Virus record (IMG/VR): IMGVR_UViG_3300038336_000104 | Span: 1 to 47,742 of that record | Strand: one strand, 5' to 3' | Origin: a virus | Length of the DNA: 47,742 nt | In this document: positions 1-8,825 of the stretch, in pieces | How positions within the stretch are numbered: the first letter of the stretch is position 1 | Layout of the letters: each line of letters opens with the position of its first letter | Program-made: the position numbers and the translations under genes | Notes under the pieces: model-generated | The model's input: the letters and a program-made list of their open reading frames with translations, nothing else | The model's database searches: none | What the model was told of the DNA's origin: nothing

Positions 1-127
1 TCCTTGCCTCAGCATTCGATCCGTCAGCTTTACTTGATTCACTTGCACGGCATTTGGATAGCTTACAAAAGCATAGAATTGATATTAACGCCATCGAAAA
101 TGCTACCGAAGCCGGTACAGCACAAGG
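1..127. repeat. Terminal direct repeat, copy 1 (identical to 47616..47742); marks closure of a circular genome or an assembly overlap
   Basis: Bases 1-127 are identical to 47616-47742. The fiber reading frame continues through the junction. Confidence 0.95.
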
Positions 128-3100
128 ACAAATCAAGTTCTGGGACAACTCATTATCAAAGTGGGTGCATACAGAAACTGGCGAGATGGTTTATGATGAT
201 ATAAATAAAAGGTTTGGGATTAGAAATACAACGCCAACTTCAGCGCTACACGTTAGGGGAAATGTTGAAGCAGATTATGGTGTTGATTTAGTAGTCAACG
301 GAGGATTTGATTCTAACACTATATGGTCGACTGGTGTTGGTGTAACTATAAGCTCAGGTGCAGCTAACTTTAATACCGGTTCATCCGGAATTGAATTATC
401 GCAAAACATTGGCATTGTCGCAGGATATAAATACGAGGTTACTTATACAATTCTTAATTATTCGTCTGGATCAATAAGGGTAAATGTAGGCGGCATTGTA
501 TATGGAAGCACAAAACAAGCAAACGGTACATACACGGAATACATTAATGCCACAACTTCAAATGGTAGAATATATTTAATATCTTATACAGGAGGGTTTG
601 TTGGGTCGATTGATAATGTGGTAGTAAGATTGCACCCTGTTGTAGATTTTCAATCATTGTATGTGTCGGCACCTGGGAACATAGGATTCGATACATACAC
701 ACCAACCAATATTCTGTCATTCGGTAATTCCGCCGCCAGAAAAATATGGATAGAAAATTCAGCAACAGATGTAGTCGGAAGGGATTTAACAGTAGCTGCT
801 GGCAGTACAGTTGCGGGAACTTCTGTTAGTAATGTAGTTGGAGGCAATTTAATATTTCAAACTGGATTAGGTACAGGAATAGGAGGAAACAATATTTTAT
901 TTCAAACAGGAACTCCCTTGACCACAGGAACTACTTTACAAACGATGAGCACTAAAATGACATTGTTAGGGAAAGGCTATCTTGGAATATTAACCACAGC
1001 GCCAGACAAACCATTAGAAGTTAACTCACCAACAGGATTAGGTATCCGCACAACCTATAACGATGCAGACGGATCAGCGGCAAACTATGTTGATTACTCT
1101 GTTGGTGCGACAGGAGACGCTACTATAACTCCTTCCGGAGGTGATTTAACAGTTGTTGGAAACCTAGGAATTGGGACAATTCCATCAACTCAGTTAGAGG
1201 TTGAAGGAACTTTCCCAATTATTCAATCTGATCTAATTACTAACACCGCTAGCTACGCAGGATTTTATAGTGGTAATGACGGAACCCTTACCACTTATCT
1301 GATAAGTGGAGGTACTACAAAATCAGGAACTAATTTTGGTATAAATAATGCGTCATCTGGGTTTCTATATACCAACAATGGCGCTTTAGCAATAGGTACT
1401 GCTAATGCTTATGACTTAACTTTAGGCACAAACTCTACGGGAAATATTACTTTAAAAAACGGTGGAAACTCAGGCTTCGGTATTACATCCCCTACGTCAG
1501 TAATTCATTTGAAAGCCGGATCAGCTACAGCAGGCACTTCCCCTTTGGGCTTCACATCAGGACCACTATTAACAGTACCTGTAGCTGGTAAAGTAGAATT
1601 TCTAACAGACCGTTGGTATGGAACTATCACCACCGGAGCACTACGGAAACCGTTTGCTTTCGTGAACGATATAACCGATTCCCTAAACCTAATTCGTGAC
1701 ACTTTAGCAAAACACCGGATAGATATAAACGCTTTGAGTACAGGTGTGGCGATTCCTTCAACGCAAGTGGCCTACGGAACGGGGACGGGGATAACCTCAG
1801 ACGCTAATTTAACCAGAACAAGCGGATTGCTTACTTTGACAGGTAGATTCAGATTAGATAATGGCGCTGGTTCAGTTTATATTGGTAAATCAAATGGTGA
1901 ATTAGAAGTAGGCGCGGAAATGTTTAATACTGGAATTGGCGAATCATGTTTAACTAATAATACGATCGGGGCTTTTAATGATGTGTCCGGGCATTCCGCT
2001 TTATATGCTAATGATTCAGGAAGTTATAATAGTGTTCATGCTGTCAATGGATATGTTCATAATATTGGCGGTTCGTATATATCTTCACTAGGCGCTTATG
2101 GCGGTTCGTTTATTTTTGACGGGACAACACCTAACACAAGTAATTATAAAACTGTATTTCTTGGGGCAAATATAAGGGCGTTAACCGCCACCGACACAAA
2201 CGCAATTGTTATAGGAGCTGATGCAATAAGTAATGGAAGCCGAACAGCCACAATAGGAGACACAACAATTACAGATGTGTACATAGGGCAAACAGGAAGT
2301 GCAAATATTCACATTAATGGACTGTACGACAGCTCCGGTGACGCCGGAACCTTAGGACAAGTATTTTCCTCCACCGTGACAGGGACGAACTGGATAGATG
2401 CTAGCGCCGTTGGCCAAACTGTTGACACAGTTAGGATTTATGATTCTATTGCTGTTCATTTGGATACTTTAAAAAAGCATAGGATTGATATAAACGCAAT
2501 TTCATCTAAAATACCCGATACCCTAAAATTATCGGGAGACGTGTCAGCAACATGGTTACCAAATGCCACCGGGACTACAACAATAGGGGATGATAAAGTC
2601 ACTTACAGAATGCTAAACGACAACGTAATAAGTGGGCAAACTGAACTCACAACCGGAGTAGAGGCAGTTGATGAGATTTTGATAAGTGATGCAAGTGTGG
2701 CGGGTCAGATTAAAAGGATGAAATTGAGCGTGCTTGGTGAATTGGGTTTAATGAAAAAATCCGTTACAAGCCTCACTTCAATTCAGGTATCAGATTTAGG
2801 AACTAAAAAAACTCTTATAGCAGCTCCCGGTGCGGGATATTATATTAAGGTTTTAGGCATAAGTGTAAAGCTGGTAAATACTGATATTACCTGGGTAGAT
2901 ACACAGCAGCTTCAATTCGGATACACATCAACATCCGCATTGCAAACATGGGGATATTTGAATCTTTACGGTTATAATAGCGGGACTTATAATTTTCACG
3001 TGCAACCAGACGGTGCGGCTACAGGTGGATCATTATATCTCGACATGAAAAACAATGAAGCTTTTACTATAGGATTTGGAGATGGTAATGATCCCCCTGC

Positions 3101-3152
3101 CGGTACGGCCACAATGCGAATTACAGTAAATTACACAATAGAAGAATATTAA
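3..3152 (+). CDS. Tail fiber / receptor-binding protein, 3' portion. The CDS starts at 47294 and wraps the junction; the joined product is about 1157 aa.
   Basis: The frame is open from base 3. The upstream part (47294..47742) reads into the same frame through the 127-bp overlap. It has a Gly/Thr/Ser/Asn-rich repetitive fiber-like composition, an N-proximal CBM/jelly-roll-like segment (VVNGGFDS...GSIDNVVV), and lies in the distal tail module. Confidence 0.8.
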   Translation, partial: LASAFDPSALLDSLARHLDSLQKHRIDINAIENATEAGTAQGQIKFWDNSLSKWVHTETGEMVYDDINKRFGIRNTTPTSALHVRGNVEADYGVDLVVNGGFDSNTIWSTGVGVTISSGAANFNTGSSGIELSQNIGIVAGYKYEVTYTILNYSSGSIRVNVGGIVYGSTKQANGTYTEYINATTSNGRIYLISYTGGFVGSIDNVVVRLHPVVDFQSLYVSAPGNIGFDTYTPTNILSFGNSAARKIWIENSATDVVGRDLTVAAGSTVAGTSVSNVVGGNLIFQTGLGTGIGGNNILFQTGTPLTTGTTLQTMSTKMTLLGKGYLGILTTAPDKPLEVNSPTGLGIRTTYNDADGSAANYVDYSVGATGDATITPSGGDLTVVGNLGIGTIPSTQLEVEGTFPIIQSDLITNTASYAGFYSGNDGTLTTYLISGGTTKSGTNFGINNASSGFLYTNNGALAIGTANAYDLTLGTNSTGNITLKNGGNSGFGITSPTSVIHLKAGSATAGTSPLGFTSGPLLTVPVAGKVEFLTDRWYGTITTGALRKPFAFVNDITDSLNLIRDTLAKHRIDINALSTGVAIPSTQVAYGTGTGITSDANLTRTSGLLTLTGRFRLDNGAGSVYIGKSNGELEVGAEMFNTGIGESCLTNNTIGAFNDVSGHSALYANDSGSYNSVHAVNGYVHNIGGSYISSLGAYGGSFIFDGTTPNTSNYKTVFLGANIRALTATDTNAIVIGADAISNGSRTATIGDTTITDVYIGQTGSANIHINGLYDSSGDAGTLGQVFSSTVTGTNWIDASAVGQTVDTVRIYDSIAVHLDTLKKHRIDINAISSKIPDTLKLSGDVSATWLPNATGTTTIGDDKVTYRMLNDNVISGQTELTTGVEAVDEILISDASVAGQIKRMKLSVLGELGLMKKSVTSLTSIQVSDLGTKKTLIAAPGAGYYIKVLGISVKLVNTDITWVDTQQLQFGYTSTSALQTWGYLNLYGYNSGTYNFHVQPDGAATGGSLYLDMKNNEAFTIGFGDGNDPPAGTATMRITVNYTIEEY

Positions 3153-3170
3153 CTATTTAAATTAAAAATC

Positions 3171-3401
3171 ATGAAAACAGGATTTTTTGAAGTAACACCA
3201 GGTAATTTTTCAATAATGCGTTTGGCATTTGCCTGGTTAATTCTTAACGCAACGGGGATGGGTTGGTATGCTCTACTCGATACAGGTGTAGGAGCCGCCG
3301 CCGCTATATTCGGAACAATCGCCTCAGTAGCGACAGGATTAAAAATCATTCAAAAAGAGCAGGAAGACAAAACCGAATTATTAAACAAAGAAACTAAATA
3401 A
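3171..3401 (+). CDS. Small membrane protein (two predicted hydrophobic helices)
   Basis: 76-aa ORF packed tightly between the fiber gene and the next tail gene. Hydrophobic stretches are LAFAWLILNATGMGWYALL and GVGAAAAIFGTIASVATGL. Confidence 0.55.
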   Translation: MKTGFFEVTPGNFSIMRLAFAWLILNATGMGWYALLDTGVGAAAAIFGTIASVATGLKIIQKEQEDKTELLNKETK

Positions 3402-3406
3402 GTTTC

Positions 3407-5506
3407 ATGCTTCTTCTAACCGCCGCCTCCCAACCTTTAATTTTATACCCCAACACCGGGTTTAACCTCACTGTATCTGGTCCGGTGGAGGGCGAACAGG
3501 CAGGGGCCTATATTTATTCGGTGGTGGTGCCATACGATGGCAACGCGCAGAAATTTGGCTTTCCGGCCAGGCTTACCAGGCTGGTTACCCAAAAAGCCAG
3601 CATAGCGGGAGAAATTAGGTACGGACTGCATTTACTCAATGGTGAGTGGAATGCCAAAAGCAGCAATGGCAAAACAATCGAACTGGAGATGGTGATTGGA
3701 GGTTCGCACTTTAATGCCCTGGTGGAAGGCCACACGCTACCTGAGTATTTCGATATCACCACCGCCATTGCCGATTTTCCGGCACATATTAACGCGCAGG
3801 TGGCTTTAAATTACCCAGAGGTAAATCACCAGTTTCCGAGTATATTGAATACAAAGTTTTATGGTGATAAAAACGCGCAGTACTCAGGCGTAATTAACGA
3901 TTTTGATAATGATTTTATTGAGGATTTGAATGCAACGGCTATTGTACCACAACTTTACTGGCTTTATGTTATCAAACGTATGTTTGAAGCTGCTAATTAT
4001 AGGGCCACAGGCAATGCTTTTAACGATGATTTGTTAAAAGTTGCCTTGATGTACAATAACTTTTCATTGGAGCATCCTTTATATGCAGGATTTTCTGCTA
4101 AATTTTCAACCGATGCAGTTTACAACCCGTGGGTTGTTAAATTTAATGTTGACGTAAGTGACCCATTAAATGTATATGACGAAACTACAGGGCTTTACAC
4201 TGTACTTTATGCAGGTAATTATCAAATAAATCTATCATCACAAATAAAGCCACTTGTAAATAACCCTGCGATTAATAAATTGTACATCGTCACCTTTTAT
4301 GGAACAGAAATAATCGATTCAAGCCAATATGATATTGCTGATCCTTCTGTTTACGATTTTTATAACATTGAATTTCTTTATGATGTGTTGCCGGAAAATA
4401 TCGGGCTTGATTTTTCAATGAAAATATATTACACTGATGTCCCCTTAAATCTTTATGAAGCATACATTTATTCAGCTACATGGCGGGTTTTAAATACAGC
4501 CATGGTTTTTGTAAATACCTTTGGTACTGAAATCAACTACAAAAACCATGTCCCAAACATGGAGGTGAAAGCGTTTTTTGCAGCTTTTTGCAGTGCTTTT
4601 AAAATTCTGCCAATATTTGATCATTCGGCCAGGGAAGTGGAGTTGGTTTTTATGCGCGATAGCTTTGCTCAAGCTAATAGTGCAGTAATACCTGAAGGTT
4701 TGATACGCGATAGTTTAAAAGTATATGAATCAGATTATGATGGTTTAACATTCGGATTTGATTTTCAGGGACCTGATGAATTATTGAATGATAATTTTAA
4801 AGTTCCTCGTGTTTTACACGGCACTGTTGATACTTTTCTCGATCTGCCTACTTTAGTCAACCATGGAGATATTTATTTGGTTACCAGCCTTAATGCCTAT
4901 TATATTTATACTTACATCCCGCCTCCCGATCCTGTAGAAGGCGAACCTGTTGTTTTAGGTAGTTCTGAATTTCTTATCTGGGGCGATCGTCACCACGATG
5001 TTGTTTACGACAATGGCACCATGCCAATCAGGTCTACCCTGGCACCCATGCTGATGCGAAATTTAAACCGCGTTGGTGCAAACAGAAGCTTGCCATCCAT
5101 CGAAGCCGAAGCCAATAGCTCGCTTTACGATTTACAGGGAGATTTCCCATTGCGAATCATGTTTTATGTTGGTATGGTCAATTCTATCTGGACACTGGAC
5201 GGAAGTAATTCGTTTTTTTATCCATTTGCTTCAACAACAAAATACGATACCGCAGCGAACGTAGTGCTACCAATAAACTACCAATGGACTGATTTAATCT
5301 CCCGGTACTGGCTTCCCGTGATAGCCTGGTACAAACGCCGGATGCCGATCGAGTTTACTAACCTGGTAACGCCGGAGTTTATAGCAAACATTAAGCTATC
5401 AAAGCGTTTCAGGTTTCAGAATACGCTTATTTTTCTGGATGAGGTGGTTGTAAAAATAAAATCTAAACTGTTTGGGCCTGGAGACTTTAAGGGGTGGACG
5501 GGTTAA
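3407..5506 (+). CDS. Large structural protein of unknown function (tail or baseplate associated by position)
   Basis: 699-aa ORF on the same strand, 5 nt after the previous stop. I recognised no motif. Confidence 0.6.
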   Translation: MLLLTAASQPLILYPNTGFNLTVSGPVEGEQAGAYIYSVVVPYDGNAQKFGFPARLTRLVTQKASIAGEIRYGLHLLNGEWNAKSSNGKTIELEMVIGGSHFNALVEGHTLPEYFDITTAIADFPAHINAQVALNYPEVNHQFPSILNTKFYGDKNAQYSGVINDFDNDFIEDLNATAIVPQLYWLYVIKRMFEAANYRATGNAFNDDLLKVALMYNNFSLEHPLYAGFSAKFSTDAVYNPWVVKFNVDVSDPLNVYDETTGLYTVLYAGNYQINLSSQIKPLVNNPAINKLYIVTFYGTEIIDSSQYDIADPSVYDFYNIEFLYDVLPENIGLDFSMKIYYTDVPLNLYEAYIYSATWRVLNTAMVFVNTFGTEINYKNHVPNMEVKAFFAAFCSAFKILPIFDHSAREVELVFMRDSFAQANSAVIPEGLIRDSLKVYESDYDGLTFGFDFQGPDELLNDNFKVPRVLHGTVDTFLDLPTLVNHGDIYLVTSLNAYYIYTYIPPPDPVEGEPVVLGSSEFLIWGDRHHDVVYDNGTMPIRSTLAPMLMRNLNRVGANRSLPSIEAEANSSLYDLQGDFPLRIMFYVGMVNSIWTLDGSNSFFYPFASTTKYDTAANVVLPINYQWTDLISRYWLPVIAWYKRRMPIEFTNLVTPEFIANIKLSKRFRFQNTLIFLDEVVVKIKSKLFGPGDFKGWTG

Positions 5507-5527
5507 AAAAAAGTACACAAAAAAAGG

Positions 5528-5552
5528 CGAGAGGATCTGCTCGGGTTTTTTT
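5528..5552. terminator. Weak hairpin flanked by A-run and T-run between convergent genes (possible bidirectional terminator)
   Basis: cgag-N8-ctcg followed by TTTTTTT, with an A-run upstream. The stem is only 4 bp. Confidence 0.35.
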
Positions 5553-5553
5553 G

Positions 5554-6753
5554 TTACAATTCCGGCATCGACTTCCTGAAGAATTCCGATTCCCATCCAA
5601 CCATTGATTTTAGGTATTCATCCGTTATCTGTACCGATGAATGCCCCATTTGGTGCTGTATTTCCTTGATATCGGCACCAGCTTTCAGCGCTTGCACCGC
5701 ACCGGTGTGCTTAAATCCATACAGCTTGTAATCTTTGGGGATTTTCAACTTTTCGCGCACCTTGTCATATTGCCGCCATAAATGGTTTTTAGAAAGATGT
5801 TTTTCACCGGGGATCCCCTTTAAAGTAAATACAAAATAATCTTCCGGATATTCCTGAAGGTGGTATTCTTCGTAAAGCTTTTCAAGAAACGTTTCGTTGA
5901 TATCCACAATGCGGGTGCTGCCCGATTTGGTGATATCGCTATATAGCGTTATACGACCTTCAAACAGATCGATGTGCTTTATCTGCAAAAAACGCAATTC
6001 CTTTGGCCTTATAAAACAATAATACATAAACTGAGCGGCCAACCACAATTGCGGATCGGTTTTTTCGATCTCCTTCTTCAGGATAGCTAATACCGCACGC
6101 TTCATGGGGATTTGTGGTTTGGTTTTGGATTGAAATTTTTGAATGTCTTCCCATGGATCGGCCAGCAACTTTCGGTCTTTACGCGCTACCTTCCAGACGC
6201 GGCGCATGGTTTCGAGGTATTGATTTTTGGTTTTACCTCCAATTTTCCGTTTTTCATCAAGATATTGAAAGAATTCGAGCGCATTTGGTTTTGTGAAGCA
6301 ACTAATATCCTCATCGCGTAGCTTATTTAGTCGTAGGAATTCATCCACTATGCGTAGTTCTGATTGATATTTCTGATAGGACGCCTTCCCTATATTCATT
6401 TTAATGCTATCCAAAAACCTATTTGAATAATAACGTATCGACCGCTTTGTTTGCCGTATGGGGTTTACCTGTTTGGCAAGATCCTGGTAAACCAGGTTAT
6501 CCCGGTAAATCAATCCCGGATCGTTATCCGGAAGCCATCCCGATTTAAGTTTTCGCAGGTACTTTGCTTTGAGTGCCCGTGCATTTCGTTCCGCTTCTTC
6601 CTTGGTTTTGCACGATGCAAACCCGGCAAACTTGCGGTAACGCACTAATTTTCCGGTCAAATGGTTGCGTACACTGAAATGAACATACCAATGTACAAAG
6701 TCGGCACCAGGTGCCCGATAAATTTTTGGAAGAATGATTTCAATTTGTCTCAT
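5554..6753 (-). CDS. int: Tyrosine recombinase / phage integrase
   Basis: 399 aa. The C-terminal catalytic region FKHTGAVQALKAGADIKEIQHQMGHSSVQITDEYL is typical of Bacteroidota-type tyrosine integrases. An N-terminal SAM-like/arm-binding region is present. Confidence 0.9.
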   Translation of the reverse strand: MRQIEIILPKIYRAPGADFVHWYVHFSVRNHLTGKLVRYRKFAGFASCKTKEEAERNARALKAKYLRKLKSGWLPDNDPGLIYRDNLVYQDLAKQVNPIRQTKRSIRYYSNRFLDSIKMNIGKASYQKYQSELRIVDEFLRLNKLRDEDISCFTKPNALEFFQYLDEKRKIGGKTKNQYLETMRRVWKVARKDRKLLADPWEDIQKFQSKTKPQIPMKRAVLAILKKEIEKTDPQLWLAAQFMYYCFIRPKELRFLQIKHIDLFEGRITLYSDITKSGSTRIVDINETFLEKLYEEYHLQEYPEDYFVFTLKGIPGEKHLSKNHLWRQYDKVREKLKIPKDYKLYGFKHTGAVQALKAGADIKEIQHQMGHSSVQITDEYLKSMVGWESEFFRKSMPEL

Positions 6754-6821
6754 GGTATTCGGCTAATAAGCCCCCCAGCGTTTCGCCCGAATCCAACATT
6801 AGACAGTTTGTCGGCTTTTTC

Positions 6822-6848
6822 GGAGTGTCCACCTGTCATGGACACTCC
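6822..6848. repeat. Perfect 10-bp inverted repeat (ggagtgtcca N7 tggacactcc) in the repressor-integrase intergenic region
   Basis: Read directly from the sequence. It is followed by TTTT on the + strand. Confidence 0.85.
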
Positions 6849-6991
6849 TTTTAAGCCTGATAATCAACCTCTTTCGAGGGTTTGGGGTGGATGATGGGAT
6901 ACACCCATCCACTTTATCAAACTGTCTTGCAGTTAGTTAATTTCGTTCGGTTGTGGCAGGTGACTTTATACTATCGTTTCTTATTCTTTTT

Positions 6992-7405
6992 TTATTGAAG
7001 TTTATCTTCTATTAGATGCTGCAAAAATTTAATTTGATCATCTTTAATTTTCAATTGATTTATCAACTCACCGACTAGCATTTTTATCTCTCTAGATTCT
7101 ACATTATCCTTTATATTCAATAAATCATAACTCGAGTTATTTTCGGATGCTTGAGTCGGCTTTTCATCTTTTGATATATCTGTTTCATACATTTCACCCT
7201 CCCCAAGAAGCAACCAACGTGCATTAATTGTTTTGTCATAGTCAAGTATTTTAATGATCGGCTTTATACCAATCGAACCGCCATCATGTACATACTGCCC
7301 TATTGTTTGTTTGCTTATTCCCCATATATCAGCAAAATATGATTGGGTTTTCCCTTCTTTTATCTTATTCTTAAACCAATCTGAAACACGCTGATTAATA
7401 GTCAT
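6992..7405 (-). CDS. CI-type phage repressor (HTH)
   Basis: N-terminal HTH (SYFADIWGISKQTIGQYV) followed by INARWLLLGEGEMY, the WLLtGeGeM signature of the phage CI repressor HTH domain family. It is divergent from a Cro-like gene. Confidence 0.8.
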   Translation of the reverse strand: MTINQRVSDWFKNKIKEGKTQSYFADIWGISKQTIGQYVHDGGSIGIKPIIKILDYDKTINARWLLLGEGEMYETDISKDEKPTQASENNSSYDLLNIKDNVESREIKMLVGELINQLKIKDDQIKFLQHLIEDKLQ

Positions 7406-7472
7406 ATAAAATTATTTATAAAATAATCATATAATTACTTGACTTTAGTCATTTAATTACCTTACTTTGCGA

Positions 7473-7500
7473 CAACATATCTGCAACAAATGTACAACAT
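7473..7500. promoter_or_regulatory. Three direct ACAACAT / CAACAAAT / ACAACAT repeats about 10-11 bp apart in the divergent repressor/cro intergenic region (candidate operators)
   Basis: gACAACATatctgCAACAAATgtACAACATt read directly. The position is typical of a genetic switch. Confidence 0.35.
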
Positions 7501-7529
7501 TAACTAACTTTTGTAAATACCATTTTAAT

Positions 7530-7742
7530 ATGACATACAAAGAGAGACTAAAACTCAGAAAAAGATTGCCTGCAGACGGCAGCTCTCAAATATCAAAAGC
7601 AACAAAATTTACTCAGGCATATGTCAATATGGTGCTCAAGGGAACAAGATCTAATAATCAGATTATTGATAAAGCAATTGAAATTGCTAACGAGCATCAG
7701 GAATATTTGAAAAACAATAAACAAAAACTATCAAACCTATGA
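7530..7742 (+). CDS. Cro-like small HTH regulator
   Basis: 70 aa from the internal ATG of ORF 7467..7742. HTH-like segment SQISKATKFTQAYVNMVLKG. Divergent from the CI-like gene. Confidence 0.6.
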   Translation: MTYKERLKLRKRLPADGSSQISKATKFTQAYVNMVLKGTRSNNQIIDKAIEIANEHQEYLKNNKQKLSNL

Positions 7743-8284
7743 ACCTCCCTGAAAACCTAAGTCAACTCAATAAAGAATTCATCGGTATTGACGGTGAATT
7801 ATACCGTGTTAAAATTGAATTGATACATTTCAACGAATTCCAGGCAAGAACACTTTTTGAATTGCAATCAAAGCTTGATGAAGATACAATAGCCCAGGTA
7901 TCGCTTGATCAACTTGGTATTACAGAAGATAAAGCCAGGCTAAACAAATTTGGTATTTGTCGTTACGGTGGATTTGACGACAAAGCGGATATTAAAAATG
8001 ACCTGAGCACAACACACGAATACTACGATTGTGGCCAACGTGGATCCTGCATGGTTGAAGGTAAACTTTGTAAGCACGTTCAAGCAAACAATGGTTATTT
8101 AACCCCCCGCGAAATTGATGTCATCAAACTTATTGCCAACGATATGGCTGATAAGCAAATAGCCGATAAACTGGATATCAGTATCAATACAGCCAACCAA
8201 CACCGGGTAAATATACAACACAAAATTGGTTGCAATAGCAAGGTTGGTATCTGCCGCTTTGCCATCGAAAAACGAATTCTTTAA
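7739..8284 (+). CDS. LuxR/GerE-family HTH regulator with an N-terminal domain of unknown function
   Basis: The C-terminus LTPREIDVIKLIANDMADKQIADKLDISINTANQHRVNIQHKIG matches the LuxR-type HTH. A Cys cluster (YYDCGQRGSCMVEGKLCKH) lies upstream. ATGA overlap with the preceding gene. Confidence 0.8.
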   Translation: MNLPENLSQLNKEFIGIDGELYRVKIELIHFNEFQARTLFELQSKLDEDTIAQVSLDQLGITEDKARLNKFGICRYGGFDDKADIKNDLSTTHEYYDCGQRGSCMVEGKLCKHVQANNGYLTPREIDVIKLIANDMADKQIADKLDISINTANQHRVNIQHKIGCNSKVGICRFAIEKRIL

Positions 8285-8303
8285 TCATTAATAATCATCT
8301 ATC

Positions 8304-8627
8304 ATGCAAAATCCTGCCCCCCAGCGTTTCGCACCTAGATTCAACATGCTTTTGAAAAGCATCATCCGCCAACGAAAGCGGCTTATTCTCGATAACATTT
8401 CAGGACTGCCAAAGGAACTTGTACAACCAAAATTAGATTACCTGTCCAGGTATATCAATTATGGATTTACTGACAAGGGAGCGGCATCATTTCTTATTGA
8501 CAACCAAACGAAATTAAAGTTCTTGGTTCCAAATAACCGCTCCGGGTTATCGACTATGCATCACATTGATACTTTACTCACCGCCGCCAAAATTCTCACC
8601 ACAAAATCATTAAGTCATGCAAATTGA
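8304..8627 (+). CDS. Hypothetical protein
   Basis: 107-aa ORF in the early operon. Its 5' end carries a 17-nt exact copy of a sequence at 6771-6787. Confidence 0.55.
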   Translation: MQNPAPQRFAPRFNMLLKSIIRQRKRLILDNISGLPKELVQPKLDYLSRYINYGFTDKGAASFLIDNQTKLKFLVPNNRSGLSTMHHIDTLLTAAKILTTKSLSHAN

Positions 8628-8823
8628 ATCAAAGCCATTATTGTTGCTTGTTCAGCAAGCCATGCTCGAAAAAAAGGCAAAAACACGCGCGCAACTGGAT
8701 GAATATTTTAACCAGGAGCATGTGTTTACCAGCGACCTGGACGTGGCTAACCAAATCATTGAGCATTGCGAAGAGCTGATCGATGCTATCAGCAATGAAC
8801 TTGCTAACAAACACCACGTTTAA
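8617..8823 (+). CDS. Hypothetical protein (helical)
   Basis: 68-aa ORF that overlaps the previous gene by 11 nt. Confidence 0.5.
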   Translation: MQIESKPLLLLVQQAMLEKKAKTRAQLDEYFNQEHVFTSDLDVANQIIEHCEELIDAISNELANKHHV

Positions 8824-8825
8824 AA

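Noticed and set aside
54-2504. A diversity-generating retroelement (template/variable repeat) behind the three KHRIDINA repeats in the fiber gene
   Set aside because: The repeats are only about 45 nt long and conserved at the protein level. They show no adenine-specific mismatch pattern, and no reverse transcriptase is encoded.
54-3152. The ORF-track call of a 1032-aa protein starting at a TTG at position 54
   Set aside because: The frame is open from base 3, and the identical sequence at the other end of the window is preceded by 320 nt of the same open frame from an ATG at 47294. The TTG start is an artefact of cutting a circular genome.
6661-6894. A 77-aa + strand ORF in the int upstream region
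   Set aside because: It starts inside the int coding sequence on the opposite strand and runs across palindromes. It has no start context, so the stretch is better read as a regulatory or attP region.
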